From Nostoc sp. (GTDB lineage Bacteria > Cyanobacteriota > Cyanobacteriia > Cyanobacteriales > Nostocaceae): 64,000 nt of DNA. Shown one piece after another: positions 1 through 10,010 of the stretch. The stretch's first letter is position 1. Each line of letters starts with the position of its first letter. A program made the position numbers and the translations under genes. The stretch spans positions 2,560 through 66,559 of the forward strand of contig NZ_JBALEJ010000001.1 of NCBI RefSeq assembly GCF_036917975.1, given 5' to 3'. The notes under the pieces were generated by a model, which did no database searches, was not told the DNA's origin, and worked only from the letters and a program-made list of their open reading frames with translations.

Positions 1-2103
1 CGTTTATTGCCAGAACTTTATTATGTTCCTGCCGAAAATATCGAGGCAGAAAAGTTAGCACCCCAAACCCAACCACGTTTACCTAATGAAAATATTCCCT
101 TGGTGTGGGCACAGAGTTTATATTTTCTCAGTGAAATGTTGAGTGAAGGGTTACTAGCTGTTGGTGATATCGATCCTTTAGGAAGACATTTGTGTGTTGG
201 TAAACAGCGCGATTCATTGGTACAAATTGCTTTATTAGCAGAAGATGAAGATTTACAGAAGAAATTAGAAGTTCACGGAATTGAAGCACAAACACCTACC
301 CAAGTAGAACCGATTCAAGTGAGAAAAGCTGGAGAATTTTCAGCTATTTATACCCAAATTGGACGTAACGACAAACTTGGTTTAACTGGGCGGCCAGTGC
401 GGCGGCTGCGGAGTTTAACAACATCTAGAATTTTTCGGATTAGTGGTGAAACAATTGTCTTTTTACCTTCATTTTCCGACTCTCAAGAGTTTTATTTAAC
501 CCTTGATTACCATTTTCTGCTGGATCAAATTAGAAGTGAACTAGCTTACATTCAAAAATATTGGGGCGATTTAGGACGCCCTACCTTGACTTTCATGTTG
601 ACACATACCATGTTAGAAGTCGGTTCGGAAGCATTACTAGAATTGATGCAAGAACTGAAAGATGGTGTTTGTAACGGCGTGCGAGTGAAATTAGGGCGAC
701 TAAATCAGCTAATGCTAACAGCTGGAATCCAAAGAATTGATTTTCTCCCTAATGCAGAATTTTTGCGATCGCCAGTGAAAAATGCTAGCCCACGCTGCTA
801 TTATTTAGCGTATCATCCTGAGAAAAACTGGCGCTTAGGACATAGCCAAGAATTTCAAATGGAGTGTGAAACCAACTTTGGGTTATTACTTTCTCGTTTG
901 CGTTCATCAGAGAATATCTACGAGCAAATTGAGTTATTGCAAACTTTAACACGCTTGCAAGGAATGGAATTTGATACGGGGTACGGTGAACCAGGATATC
1001 CCGTGACCGTAGGCGATTTACTCGATGAAGTTTACACCAAAGCTGGAGATTTAGGTATTTGGGCGGTAGTGCGTCGGGCTGCGGGATTACGCCAAATGGT
1101 TGATATCAGCCTATCAGATGCAGTCACGAGTATTTTGGTGCGAGGTAAGCAAATTGCTGTGGGTAGAGCTTACAGTGAGGCGTCCCTAATTACCGTACCG
1201 ATGTCACCTGATGAAATTGCCGATAAAATTAATCATTTTTGTCGTGAAGATATACGCGATCGCGTCCTCACTCAAGAGATTTTAATCTATCTTGGCATCT
1301 TAATTCGCTCAGAATCCGAACTATTTCAGGGACTACTAACCCTGAGAGTCGGCTATCTTATCTTATTGATTACCAGCGAACTAGCACGAGAATTATACGT
1401 CACTCAAGATGAAGCTTATGACTATTTAATGCAACTTTCACCCTTTGATGTGAAAACGCGCTTGCGTCAAGTATTAACTGGATATACTGGCATGAGTAAC
1501 CTGTTACGCCAGCAAGAATCACTGCATGTCAAACAAAAAGAAAGTGATATTGCTTGGGTAGTGTTACCAGCAATAGCCGAAGGAATAGAAATCCCGCCGG
1601 GCGGTTGGCGGCGGTTTCGCCAAGCCGAGGGTGCGACGGGGCGCGTACCAAAAGAATTTTTTAAAGAAGTTTGGCTATTAATGCAGCATTGCAAAGGTTT
1701 AGTAATTGGCGATAAACTAGAGCGCCGCAATCGTTTAGATAGTGAGATAATGTTGTCAGAAATGACAGCCGGAGAAAGAAATTTTGCCCTGTTAGTTGAG
1801 CATTTGCTGAATAAAATCGAAGCTCCAGAATATCGCCAAGTTAATATTGAAGCATTAGTAGAATTAGCTGCGATCGCAGCCAATAATCCCAACCTGCAAA
1901 TCGAAGGATATATTGTGTTGGATGTGTTAATTGGCCATGCAGTGCGATTGGCATGGTTAGAAAATCATAGTCAACGCAGCGATCGCTATGATGAAGATAA
2001 GGGGAGTGCGTGGCGATCGTTTTACAATACTTCTCCTAGAGATTGCACTGGTTATATTTTGAAGGCATTTAGGTTCTTGACGGAATTTGTGAAAGATTTT
2101 TAA
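1..2103 (+). CDS. GH15-related / phosphorylase-kinase alpha-beta-like protein, C-terminal ~700 aa; 5' end lies outside the window
   Basis: Frame 1 is open from nt 1 (RLLPELYY...). NENIPLVWAQSLYFLSEML resembles the end of a GH15 catalytic domain and is followed by a long tail. Family call is from memory. Confidence 0.6.
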   Translation, partial: RLLPELYYVPAENIEAEKLAPQTQPRLPNENIPLVWAQSLYFLSEMLSEGLLAVGDIDPLGRHLCVGKQRDSLVQIALLAEDEDLQKKLEVHGIEAQTPTQVEPIQVRKAGEFSAIYTQIGRNDKLGLTGRPVRRLRSLTTSRIFRISGETIVFLPSFSDSQEFYLTLDYHFLLDQIRSELAYIQKYWGDLGRPTLTFMLTHTMLEVGSEALLELMQELKDGVCNGVRVKLGRLNQLMLTAGIQRIDFLPNAEFLRSPVKNASPRCYYLAYHPEKNWRLGHSQEFQMECETNFGLLLSRLRSSENIYEQIELLQTLTRLQGMEFDTGYGEPGYPVTVGDLLDEVYTKAGDLGIWAVVRRAAGLRQMVDISLSDAVTSILVRGKQIAVGRAYSEASLITVPMSPDEIADKINHFCREDIRDRVLTQEILIYLGILIRSESELFQGLLTLRVGYLILLITSELARELYVTQDEAYDYLMQLSPFDVKTRLRQVLTGYTGMSNLLRQQESLHVKQKESDIAWVVLPAIAEGIEIPPGGWRRFRQAEGATGRVPKEFFKEVWLLMQHCKGLVIGDKLERRNRLDSEIMLSEMTAGERNFALLVEHLLNKIEAPEYRQVNIEALVELAAIAANNPNLQIEGYIVLDVLIGHAVRLAWLENHSQRSDRYDEDKGSAWRSFYNTSPRDCTGYILKAFRFLTEFVKDF

Positions 2104-2151
2104 AAAAAATATCCCCCACCTCAGATTCCAAAAGCAGGGGTTTTATTAAAA

Positions 2152-2466
2152 CTACTTAACCGAAACAGCATCAACATCAATAGTGCTTCCACTAGAGGTA
2201 GAACCCTCAGTACTATTAGCTACTTCAGTCCCCACCTCACCCTTACGAGTTTTCCAGCCCTCAATGACTAGCCCAGATACCTCAGAAACTAGCAAAGTCA
2301 AAAGGAAAACATCATCAATTTGTCCCACAACCGGTATAAAATCTGGGAGAACATCAAATGGGCTAACTAAATAGACTAATGTTCCTAAAATTACCCACCA
2401 ACGGTACTTGGGGTTACGAAGCACATCGCGGTACCAAGTGTAAAGTGATTGGATTGAAAATTTCAT
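2152..2466 (-). CDS. DUF1232 (YkvA-family) small membrane protein
   Basis: The SPFDVLPDFIPVVGQIDDV signature follows a hydrophobic helix; 104 aa. Confidence 0.8.
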   Translation of the reverse strand: MKFSIQSLYTWYRDVLRNPKYRWWVILGTLVYLVSPFDVLPDFIPVVGQIDDVFLLTLLVSEVSGLVIEGWKTRKGEVGTEVANSTEGSTSSGSTIDVDAVSVK

Positions 2467-2684
2467 ATTTTGAACCTCCAGTTATCTTTAATTTTGACAA
2501 ACTATCCCAAAAACTTCCGGTGTGAATAACCGCCCTAGTTAGTCTGGAAGACGCTACTAGTAATCTGTCAACAAATACAAACAAGTAGGCAATCGGGAAT
2601 ATTTATAACTATGTTCATTTAGAGGACAAATCCTTTGCCTCTTTATCTACTTTCACAAATAATTAGTTATTCGACATCTACCAA

Positions 2685-2758
2685 TCGGGATGACTGGATT
2701 CGAACCAGCGGCCCCTTCGTCCCGAACGAAGTGCGCTACCAAGCTGCGCCACATCCCG
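2685..2758 (-). tRNA. tRNA-Pro (anticodon CGG)
   Basis: The reverse complement reads CGGGATG TG GCGC AGCTTGGTA GCGC A CTTCG TTCGGGA CGAAG GGGCC GCTGG TTCGAAT CCAGT CATCCCG A. This is a perfect cloverleaf; CCA is not encoded. Confidence 0.95.
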
Positions 2759-2895
2759 CCAAAAAAATGGCATTGTAAATATAAGAATATCACAAACTGT
2801 GCCAAATATCAGAATTACATCTATATGCGATCGCTTCACCAAAGACTTTGCTTGCTAGGATTAAATTTGTATAACTCTAGTGGTAAAAGCGGATT

Positions 2896-3780
2896 GTGAC
2901 TGTAAAACCAGACTGGTTGCGGGTGAAAGCACCTGGGCGTGAGCGCATCGGTAACGTTAAAGAAATTTTGCGGGATTTAGCCCTCAATACAGTTTGCGAG
3001 GAAGCGTCCTGTCCGAATATTGGTGAATGCTTCAACGCTGGGACTGCCACGTTTTTAATTATGGGCCCGGCTTGTACACGCGCTTGTCCCTACTGCGATA
3101 TTGATTTTGAGAAAAAACCCAAACCACTAGATCCCACCGAACCTACACGACTAGCCCAAGCTGTTCGCCGCCTGAACCTTAATCATGTGGTAATTACTTC
3201 TGTAAACCGAGATGACTTGCTTGATGGTGGTGCATCTCAGTTTGTGGCATGTATTGATGCAGTTAACTCTGTTTCACCCAACACCACAATTGAGGTGCTA
3301 ATTCCTGACTTATGCGGTAATTGGAATGCTCTGGAGATAATTCTACAAGCTGCGCCAGAGGTATTAAACCACAATACCGAAACTGTTCCACGCCTGTATC
3401 GTCGGGTGCGTCCCCAAGGAAACTACGATCGCACATTAGAATTATTGCAGCGCACTCGCCAACTTTCTCCTAGTGCCTACACTAAATCTGGCATTATGGT
3501 TGGACTCGGTGAAACTGATGCCGAAATTCGCCAAGTCATGCAAGACTTACGATCTGTGGATTGCGATATTTTAACCATTGGGCAATATCTCCAACCCAGT
3601 CAAAAACACTTGCAAGTAAACGAATTTGTCAATCCAGAACAATTTGCTGCTTGGAAGGCATTCGGCGAAGAAATCGGATTTTTACAAGTTGTTTCTTCAC
3701 CATTGACAAGAAGCTCATATCATGCAGAGCAAGTTAGAGAATTGATGGAACGTTACCCACGCTCAAAAGTTAGGAGTTAG
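2896..3780 (+). CDS. lipA: Lipoyl synthase
   Basis: [12 protein letters not shown] and radical-SAM CTRACPYCD cysteine clusters; GTG start. Confidence 0.95.
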   Translation: MTVKPDWLRVKAPGRERIGNVKEILRDLALNTVCEEASCPNIGECFNAGTATFLIMGPACTRACPYCDIDFEKKPKPLDPTEPTRLAQAVRRLNLNHVVITSVNRDDLLDGGASQFVACIDAVNSVSPNTTIEVLIPDLCGNWNALEIILQAAPEVLNHNTETVPRLYRRVRPQGNYDRTLELLQRTRQLSPSAYTKSGIMVGLGETDAEIRQVMQDLRSVDCDILTIGQYLQPSQKHLQVNEFVNPEQFAAWKAFGEEIGFLQVVSSPLTRSSYHAEQVRELMERYPRSKVRS

Positions 3781-3792
3781 GAATTAGGAGTT

Positions 3793-4740
3793 ATGAGTGA
3801 GCAGATGTACTCCAACACAAAACTTTCCGTTGCAATTCTGGGTGCAGGTGCTTGGGGTGCATCTCTCGCAAATCTCGCTGCTGCAAATGGTCATCAGGTG
3901 CGCGTGTGGTCGCGTCAAGGTTCCCAAACTCTGGAAGCAGTTTTAACAAATGCCCAAATAATCCTATCCGCTATCTCAATGATTGGCGTGAGAGATGTTG
4001 CTTCCCAAGTCCAATCTTTCCCCCTTTCTCCAGAGACAATTTTTGTGACGGCGACAAAAGGCTTAGATCCCCAAACCACTTGTACACCGTCACAAATTTG
4101 GCAACAAATATTCCCTAACCATGCAGTGGTTGTTTTGTCTGGGCCTAATTTATCAAAAGAAATTCAAATGAAATTACCCGCAGCCACGGTGGTAGCCAGT
4201 AATATTCCCACGGCGGCGGAAGTAGTGCAGTTAGTATTTTCTTCTCATCGTTTTCGGGTATATACCAATCCCGACCCCTTGGGAGTGGAACTGGGGGGAA
4301 CACTGAAAAATGTGATTGCGATCGCAGCTGGTGTGTGCGATGGTTTACAACTGGGAACCAATGCCAAAGCTGCTTTAGTCACCCGTGGACTTACCGAAAT
4401 GGTTCGCATCGGCAACAACTGGGGTGCAAAGACAGAAACATTTTATGGTTTATCGGGTCTAGGAGATTTATTAGCAACGTGCAATAGTCCCTTAAGTCGC
4501 AATTACCAAGTCGGCTATCAGCTAGCTGGTGGTAAGTCACTTACAGAAACTCTTGCAAATTTACAAGGAACTGCTGAAGGAGTAAACACTTGCCGAGTTT
4601 TGATGCAGCGAGCCAAGCAACAAAACATCGCAGTCCCAATTACTGAGCAAGTTCATCGGTTACTTCAAGGTGAAATCACACCCGAACAAGCACTTGATGA
4701 GTTGATGTTGCGAGATATCAAGCCAGAGTACAACTATTAG
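3793..4740 (+). CDS. gpsA: NAD(P)H-dependent glycerol-3-phosphate dehydrogenase
   Basis: ILGAGAWGASLA Rossmann motif and GTLKNVIAIAAGV; 13 nt downstream of lipA. Confidence 0.9.
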   Translation: MSEQMYSNTKLSVAILGAGAWGASLANLAAANGHQVRVWSRQGSQTLEAVLTNAQIILSAISMIGVRDVASQVQSFPLSPETIFVTATKGLDPQTTCTPSQIWQQIFPNHAVVVLSGPNLSKEIQMKLPAATVVASNIPTAAEVVQLVFSSHRFRVYTNPDPLGVELGGTLKNVIAIAAGVCDGLQLGTNAKAALVTRGLTEMVRIGNNWGAKTETFYGLSGLGDLLATCNSPLSRNYQVGYQLAGGKSLTETLANLQGTAEGVNTCRVLMQRAKQQNIAVPITEQVHRLLQGEITPEQALDELMLRDIKPEYNY

Positions 4741-5021
4741 AATACCGATTCAATAATCAAAAACAATACGCTTGATATCACAATACAGTTCAGTTAAGCT
4801 GTTTTTCTCTCTGCGATCTTTGTGCCTCTGCGGTTTAAAAGTAATTTATTTAACCACAGAGACGCAGAGAACACAGAGTTAAGAGATTAAAGAGGAATTT
4901 TTTGAGCAAAATTTTTACTCACCTTGAAAGGGCTAGTCCTACAGTATTCCTTTTATCACTCCTGTGAAATAGAAAAACCCTCCAGATGATGGAAATATCC
5001 AAAAATCTGAAGGGTTGATGT

Positions 5022-5126
5022 CAATACGGTTCAGTCAAGGGTTATTGGTGTAGATAACTGGTCTAGAGAAGACGCGATAAATCGCCGTTTCTACAAGGGT
5101 TTTGTTGCTCTATCTGAACTGTATTG
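5022..5126. mobile_element. MITE-like element, CAATACGGTTCAG-TIR family with GACGCGATAAATCGC core
   Basis: Left end caatacggttcag, right end ctgaactgtattg, central palindrome agacgcgataaatcgccgt. Related copies at 16788, 33666 and 48282. Confidence 0.7.
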
Positions 5127-5181
5127 GGGTTGGTGTTTGATTTCCCGCAATTTGGGTAACTTTTATGCTTTCCAGGCGAAA

Positions 5182-6558
5182 CTAGCTATTTGTTGCCAAC
5201 TTGAAAATATTGGCTGTAATTCCCAGACTTTCTTCAAAAAGTGACTCGCGACCCCAACGTTGTACCTGTTGACTCAGCAATGCTTCCGCCTTTTGTTCTG
5301 AAAGTGAAGTCACCTGTTGAAACAGACCGGCAGATTGGGCACCACCGTGGGTTTCCATCCGCATACAGCCACCAGTTTCCGAGCAAATTACTGTACCACA
5401 GTCTGCCTTCGGATTGGTCGAACTGAGGCGCAAAGCAATCAAGTCGCCAGCAATCTCGCCGACATCAGCCAGAGGAACACCCGCTAATTCTGCTTCTACT
5501 TGCCGTTGGTCTTGGGCAATAAAGTGAATGCGAGTGATGTCGTAATCTCCGATTTCCTTTTGATAAGAAACTGGCTGCCATGCTAGACGACTTGCCAGCC
5601 AACCCAAAAACAGCAATGCTTGTGCGGGGTTGCCTTTTTCGTAATCAATAGTTACTCGGTCAACTTCCCGAAGGGCAGCCCGACGGTTGGGTGAGTCATA
5701 GGCTTCAGCTGTCAATTCCTGCCAAGCTGAGAGGCGACGCCAGTTGAGGTCAGCGAGAGGAACTCCACTATCCACCAATTCTTGCAGGCGGATTAAATCA
5801 CTTTCTGGCTCGTTAAAGCGGCAAGAATCCACAATTACATTATTACAAACTGCTGCTAGCCGCTTGAATAGAGCGTTGTTGGGGACTGGTGTTGCTTTCC
5901 ACCAAAGAAACTTTGGTAAGCCGCCAATCAACAATGCTGGAAGCATACCACCGATGCGTTCCAAGGCAGCAGCAGTACCACTAAGAGTTATGTATTCGCA
6001 GCAGATTAGTGTACTTGACGATTGCTTTTGAATTGGACAATAGGCAGAAACTTGAGCCTTCACCCCTTCATCTTCGCCAGCAATGGGAAATAGGGCAATA
6101 ATCCGGCAAGGGTTGCGGAGGGCGATTTCATCGGCAATTCTGGGGCTTGGGGCATTTAAGCTGGGGAGTTCAATAGAACCATTATCCCCCGCAGCCCCGT
6201 TTCCTTGACGTTTGATGAATTCTTCTCTCAAGATAGCCAAGGTTTCAGGTGTTGCTGTTCCTGTATCTGGCAGTGCATATTTTTTCTGCACTTGCCGCAA
6301 AGCAGCTTCCATTTGAGGCCCTAAAATCCCGTCAAGCGGACCGTTGTAAAATCCCAAAGTAGCCAAAAGATACTGGGTTTCTTCAGGTTCGTAAACCACT
6401 AAGGTAAATGTCGTGGCCCGAGTAGCAGCAGGATGCCCACCGTTATCGCCAGTGATGCCGTAACTTTGCCAAATTTGATGAAGTTCCGCGTCTAATTCGT
6501 CAAGCGAAATATCTTTTGGCGCTTGAAGTGAATAAATTGTCGAAGCTTGGGGAGCCAT
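5182..6558 (-). CDS. opcA: Glucose-6-phosphate dehydrogenase assembly/activator protein OpcA
   Basis: N-terminus LDELDAELHQIWQSYG and its position directly downstream of zwf, as in the described Nostoc opc operon. Confidence 0.9.
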   Translation of the reverse strand: MAPQASTIYSLQAPKDISLDELDAELHQIWQSYGITGDNGGHPAATRATTFTLVVYEPEETQYLLATLGFYNGPLDGILGPQMEAALRQVQKKYALPDTGTATPETLAILREEFIKRQGNGAAGDNGSIELPSLNAPSPRIADEIALRNPCRIIALFPIAGEDEGVKAQVSAYCPIQKQSSSTLICCEYITLSGTAAALERIGGMLPALLIGGLPKFLWWKATPVPNNALFKRLAAVCNNVIVDSCRFNEPESDLIRLQELVDSGVPLADLNWRRLSAWQELTAEAYDSPNRRAALREVDRVTIDYEKGNPAQALLFLGWLASRLAWQPVSYQKEIGDYDITRIHFIAQDQRQVEAELAGVPLADVGEIAGDLIALRLSSTNPKADCGTVICSETGGCMRMETHGGAQSAGLFQQVTSLSEQKAEALLSQQVQRWGRESLFEESLGITANIFKLATNS

Positions 6559-6564
6559 AGGAGG

Positions 6565-6622
6565 TTTTGGATTTTGGATTTTGGATTTTGGATTTTGGAT
6601 TTTGGATTTTGGATTTTGGATT
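6565..6622. repeat. STRR heptamer array (TTTTGGA) x8
   Basis: Tandem ttttgga units read directly. The array starts 7 nt upstream of the opcA start codon. Confidence 0.95.
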
Positions 6623-6696
6623 AAGAACTAGTAATTTGGTAATTAGTAATAGTTTTTCATATTCCCTATTATCTATTCCCGATTTCGCCGTCCCCA

Positions 6697-6725
6697 ATCT
6701 AAAATCTAAAATCTAAAATCTAAAA
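6697..6725. repeat. STRR heptamer array (TCTAAAA) x4, near-complement of the 6565 array
   Basis: atctaaaatctaaaatctaaaatctaaaat, immediately after the zwf stop codon. Confidence 0.9.
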
Positions 6726-6728
6726 TTG

Positions 6729-8258
6729 TTAGAGTCTGCGCCAGCGACGGCCATCTTGGTTAATTAAGAATTCTGCTTCTGCTGGTTCCCAGGTTCCGGC
6801 TTCATACTGGGGAATAGTATTGGCATCGGCAGGTGCATCCCAAACGGAGAGGGCTGGCGTTACTACCTGCCAAGCTGCTTCTACTTCATCCGCGCGGGTG
6901 AACAATGTTTGATCGCCCATCATACAATCAAGGAATAAGCGATCGTAGGCATCAGATGTAGCTTGGATGCCAAAGGAACCATAACTAAAGTCCATGTCAA
7001 CGGAACGGGTGCGGAATTCTGCCCCCGGCATTTTCACATCAAAACGCAGGGAAATACCTTCATTCGGCTGAATCCGCATCGTCAAAATGTTGGCGTTTGT
7101 CTGTTGGGCCGCAGATTGGAACATCCGAGACGGAACTTCGCGGAAGTGAATGGAAATCTCACTGACTTTTTTCGGCATCCGCTTGCCGGTACGCAAGTAG
7201 AAAGGCACACCTTTCCAGCGCCAGTTGTCTACCAAAAACTTCATCGCTACATAAGTGGGTGTGGTGGAGTTGGGATCAACACCTGGTTCTACCCGATACC
7301 CTGGCACTGCTTGACCCTTCATCCAGCCAGCACTGTACTGACCGCGTACTGCTGACCGCGACAGATTGTGAACATCAGCTAAACGAGTAGCTTGGAGTAC
7401 CTTCACTTTTTCTGTGCGGATGCTGTCGGCATCCATTGCGTTAGGTGCTTCCATCGCCGTTAGACAGTAAAGTTGCATGAGGTGATTTTGCAACATATCC
7501 CGTAGTGCGCCGGCGCTTTCATAGTAACCAGCCCGGTCTTCCACTCCCACGGTTTCTGCTACGGTAATTTGCACGTGGTCAACAAATTGACGATTCCACA
7601 ACGGCTCAAAAATCGCATTGGCAAAGCGAAACACCAGCAAATTCTGGACTGTTTCTTTACCCAAGTAGTGGTCAATGCGGTATACTTGGTTTTCTTTACA
7701 ATATTTCTGTACCACTTGGTTAAGACTTTGGGCAGATGCTAAGTCTCGACCAAAGGGTTTTTCAACTACTAGACGATGTTTGTAGGGATCTTCTAGCATT
7801 CCGGCGGTTCCTAGCTGCTTAATAGCTTCAGGAAAGAATGAGGGGGCAACTGAGAGGTAGAACATGCGATTACCTCGCGTGCCCCGTTTTTCGTCTAATT
7901 CACTCAATAAGTTTTTTAGTTTCTGGTAGCCTTCGGGGTTGTCTATATCCCCAGGGCTGTAGAACAAACCTTGAGAGAAATCTTGCCAGAGTTCTCCTAA
8001 ATCGACATCAGAATGGGCTTCTTCCATGCCCTTTTGCATTTGTTCGCGGAAGTACTCGTGGCTCCATTCTCGACGCGCCACACCGACAATGGTGGTTTCT
8101 GGGGGAATACGCCGTTCTCGCCGCAATTTGTAAAGTGCTGGCACTAGTTTGCGCCAGGTGAGATCGCCAGAAGCGCCAAAGATAACTATAATCTGGGGTT
8201 CGGGCATCCCTTGTTGTTGCAGACCAACGCGCAAGGGATTTTCTAGCAGACTAACCAT
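6729..8258 (-). CDS. zwf: Glucose-6-phosphate 1-dehydrogenase
   Basis: IFGASGDLT and RIDHYLGKE motifs. Start placed at MVSLLENPL (ATG at 8258) because the 32 upstream codons of the ORF track are encoded by heptamer repeats. Confidence 0.93.
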   Translation of the reverse strand: MVSLLENPLRVGLQQQGMPEPQIIVIFGASGDLTWRKLVPALYKLRRERRIPPETTIVGVARREWSHEYFREQMQKGMEEAHSDVDLGELWQDFSQGLFYSPGDIDNPEGYQKLKNLLSELDEKRGTRGNRMFYLSVAPSFFPEAIKQLGTAGMLEDPYKHRLVVEKPFGRDLASAQSLNQVVQKYCKENQVYRIDHYLGKETVQNLLVFRFANAIFEPLWNRQFVDHVQITVAETVGVEDRAGYYESAGALRDMLQNHLMQLYCLTAMEAPNAMDADSIRTEKVKVLQATRLADVHNLSRSAVRGQYSAGWMKGQAVPGYRVEPGVDPNSTTPTYVAMKFLVDNWRWKGVPFYLRTGKRMPKKVSEISIHFREVPSRMFQSAAQQTNANILTMRIQPNEGISLRFDVKMPGAEFRTRSVDMDFSYGSFGIQATSDAYDRLFLDCMMGDQTLFTRADEVEAAWQVVTPALSVWDAPADANTIPQYEAGTWEPAEAEFLINQDGRRWRRL

Positions 8259-8263
8259 AGGAA

Positions 8264-8383
8264 TTTTGGATTTTGGATTTTGGATTTTGGATTGGGGATG
8301 GGGCATTGGAAACGATTTTGGATTTTGGATTTTGGATTTTAGATTGGAGTCCAATCCAAAATCGCAAATCTAAAATCCAAAAT
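8264..8383. repeat. Composite opposing STRR arrays (TTTTGGA x4, TTTTGGA/TTTTAGA x4, then TCCAAAA-type units)
   Basis: Arrays at 8264-8293 and 8316-8346, complementary-type units at 8351-8383. They fill almost the whole tal-zwf intergenic gap. Confidence 0.9.
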
Positions 8384-8399
8384 TCCCAGTCACTAGCCC

Positions 8400-9545
8400 C
8401 TACACTGGTGACAATACCTTGATCTTTTCTTCTAAAGAGTTCATCAAGGACTGGAAGGGCTGGATAAACTTGTCAATACCTTCGACTAACAGTTCATCCA
8501 TTACGTTATCGAGATCGATGTTGATGTCGGGATCTTTGAGGTTTTCGATCAGTGTGTAAGCTTTGTCCACATCTGTTTCTAAGCTCTTGCTTACGTTACA
8601 ATGATCGGCACAAGCTTTAATGGTCGCTGGTGGTACGGTGTTAACGGTGTCTCGACCAATCAACTCTTCGATATACATCACGTCTCTGTAGTTGGGGTCT
8701 TTGGTGCTGGTACTAGCCCAAAGTAGCCGTTGTACTTTGGCTCCTTTTGCTGCCAATGCTTGCCAACGCTCGCTTCTAATGATTTTCTTGTATTCCTGAT
8801 ACGCAATCTTAGCGTTAGCGATCGCAACTTTCCCTTTGACAGCTTTTAGCTTTGCTTCCACGGTAATATCATCAACGCCTTTTTTCAACTTAGCATCAAT
8901 CTTGGCGTCAATGTTGCTATCGATCCGGCTGAGGAAGAAACTGGCAACTGAAGCAATTCTACTGATGTCTTTACCTTCAGCCAGCCGTTTTTCTAAGCCC
9001 TGAATATATGCCCAAGCTGTGTTTACATAGCTTTCTACAGAAAACAGTAGCGTAATATTGACATTTATCCCATCAGCTATTACCTGTTCCACTGCTGGCA
9101 AACCAGGTTCAGTACCGGGAATTTTAATCATCAAATTTTCCCGACCAATTTCTTGAAAATAGCGACGGGCTGCGGCTATGGTTGCTTCAGTATCATGGGC
9201 TATGGTTGGTGGTACTTCAATACTCACATAACCATCTAGTCTATTAGAGGCTTCATAAGCAGGGCGTAAAATATCACAGGCATTACGGATATCTGCAAAA
9301 ACTAGGGATTCGTAAATTTTGTCTGTCGGTAAGCCAGCCCGAACTCCGGCTTCGATATCGGCATCATAAATAACGTTACCAGCGATCGCTTTTTCAAAGA
9401 TAGCCGGGTTAGAAGTAATCCCAGAAACTCCTTGATTTTCAACCAGTTCTTTGAGTTCGCCTGATTGAATAATGTCACGGGTCAAATTATCCAGCCAGAT
9501 ACTTTGACCGTATTGCTTAATTTCTAGTAGATGATTGGTAGCCAT
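8400..9545 (-). CDS. tal: Transaldolase (long cyanobacterial/plant form)
   Basis: GVSGITSNPAIF motif. Start placed at MATNHLLEIKQYGQSIWLDNL (ATG at 9545). Confidence 0.9.
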   Translation of the reverse strand: MATNHLLEIKQYGQSIWLDNLTRDIIQSGELKELVENQGVSGITSNPAIFEKAIAGNVIYDADIEAGVRAGLPTDKIYESLVFADIRNACDILRPAYEASNRLDGYVSIEVPPTIAHDTEATIAAARRYFQEIGRENLMIKIPGTEPGLPAVEQVIADGINVNITLLFSVESYVNTAWAYIQGLEKRLAEGKDISRIASVASFFLSRIDSNIDAKIDAKLKKGVDDITVEAKLKAVKGKVAIANAKIAYQEYKKIIRSERWQALAAKGAKVQRLLWASTSTKDPNYRDVMYIEELIGRDTVNTVPPATIKACADHCNVSKSLETDVDKAYTLIENLKDPDINIDLDNVMDELLVEGIDKFIQPFQSLMNSLEEKIKVLSPV

Positions 9546-9957
9546 AGCTAGTTTATTTGACTCCTGTATAGTGATGCTTCTAAGTAAAGTTGGCAAAACC
9601 CATCAAATATTGATGGTTACTTTTGAATTGTGACGTTGCCAAGTACTTATCGCATCGGCCAGCTGAGATAATCCTGAATTTATCTTCAAAAAGCGCTATT
9701 TTGCATTCCCAATCCTAAATCACCATGATTAACGTTTAATTAATGGCAGATGATAGACGCATCCTTGATACTTTTGTTACCGTCTTCTACTGCTATATGG
9801 CAAAAATAACTATTGAGTTGAAAAAATTTCAGAAGTGTAATTTACAACCTTTTTTTCTCCTATCTCTGTCTTGAAAGTGCTGTTAGCGATAGCGGGGCGT
9901 TTAGCCCGTGTTGTACATGGATAGCGGGGCGTGTAGTTAGTACTAAGTAAAAATACT

Positions 9958-9984
9958 AGTCCCCAGTACCCAGTCCCCAGTCCC
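9958..9984. repeat. STRR array (CCCCAGT type)
   Basis: agtccccagtacccagtccccagtccc in the fbp-tal intergenic gap. Confidence 0.85.
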
Positions 9985-10010
9985 TTTCTCATCGGTACTG
10001 CCTTCTCACA

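Noticed and set aside
1467-1892. Antisense or alternative-frame ORFs nested in large genes (e.g. 1467-1892, 5744-6031, 6963-7355, 7838-8161, 13293-13601, 30077-30460, 37007-37345, 49476-50204).
   Set aside because: They overlap well-supported CDSs with strong family motifs on the other strand or frame. They have no motifs of their own and are typical shadow ORFs.
6500-6697. 65-aa ORF (and the similar 8149-8373 ORF) with KSKIQNP repeats.
   Set aside because: These are translations of STRR arrays in intergenic DNA. The sequence is low-complexity and periodic, with no independent coding signal.
8259-8354. N-terminal 32-codon extension of zwf in the ORF track ([14 protein letters not shown]...).
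   Set aside because: It is encoded entirely by TTTTGGA-type heptamer repeats read on the opposite strand. The conserved Zwf N-terminus starts at MVSLLENPL (ATG at 8258).
9546-9596. 17-codon N-terminal extension of transaldolase (MPTLLRSITIQESNKLA).
   Set aside because: The conserved Tal N-terminus begins at MATNHLLEIKQYGQSIWLDNL, and the upstream extension has a non-ATG start.
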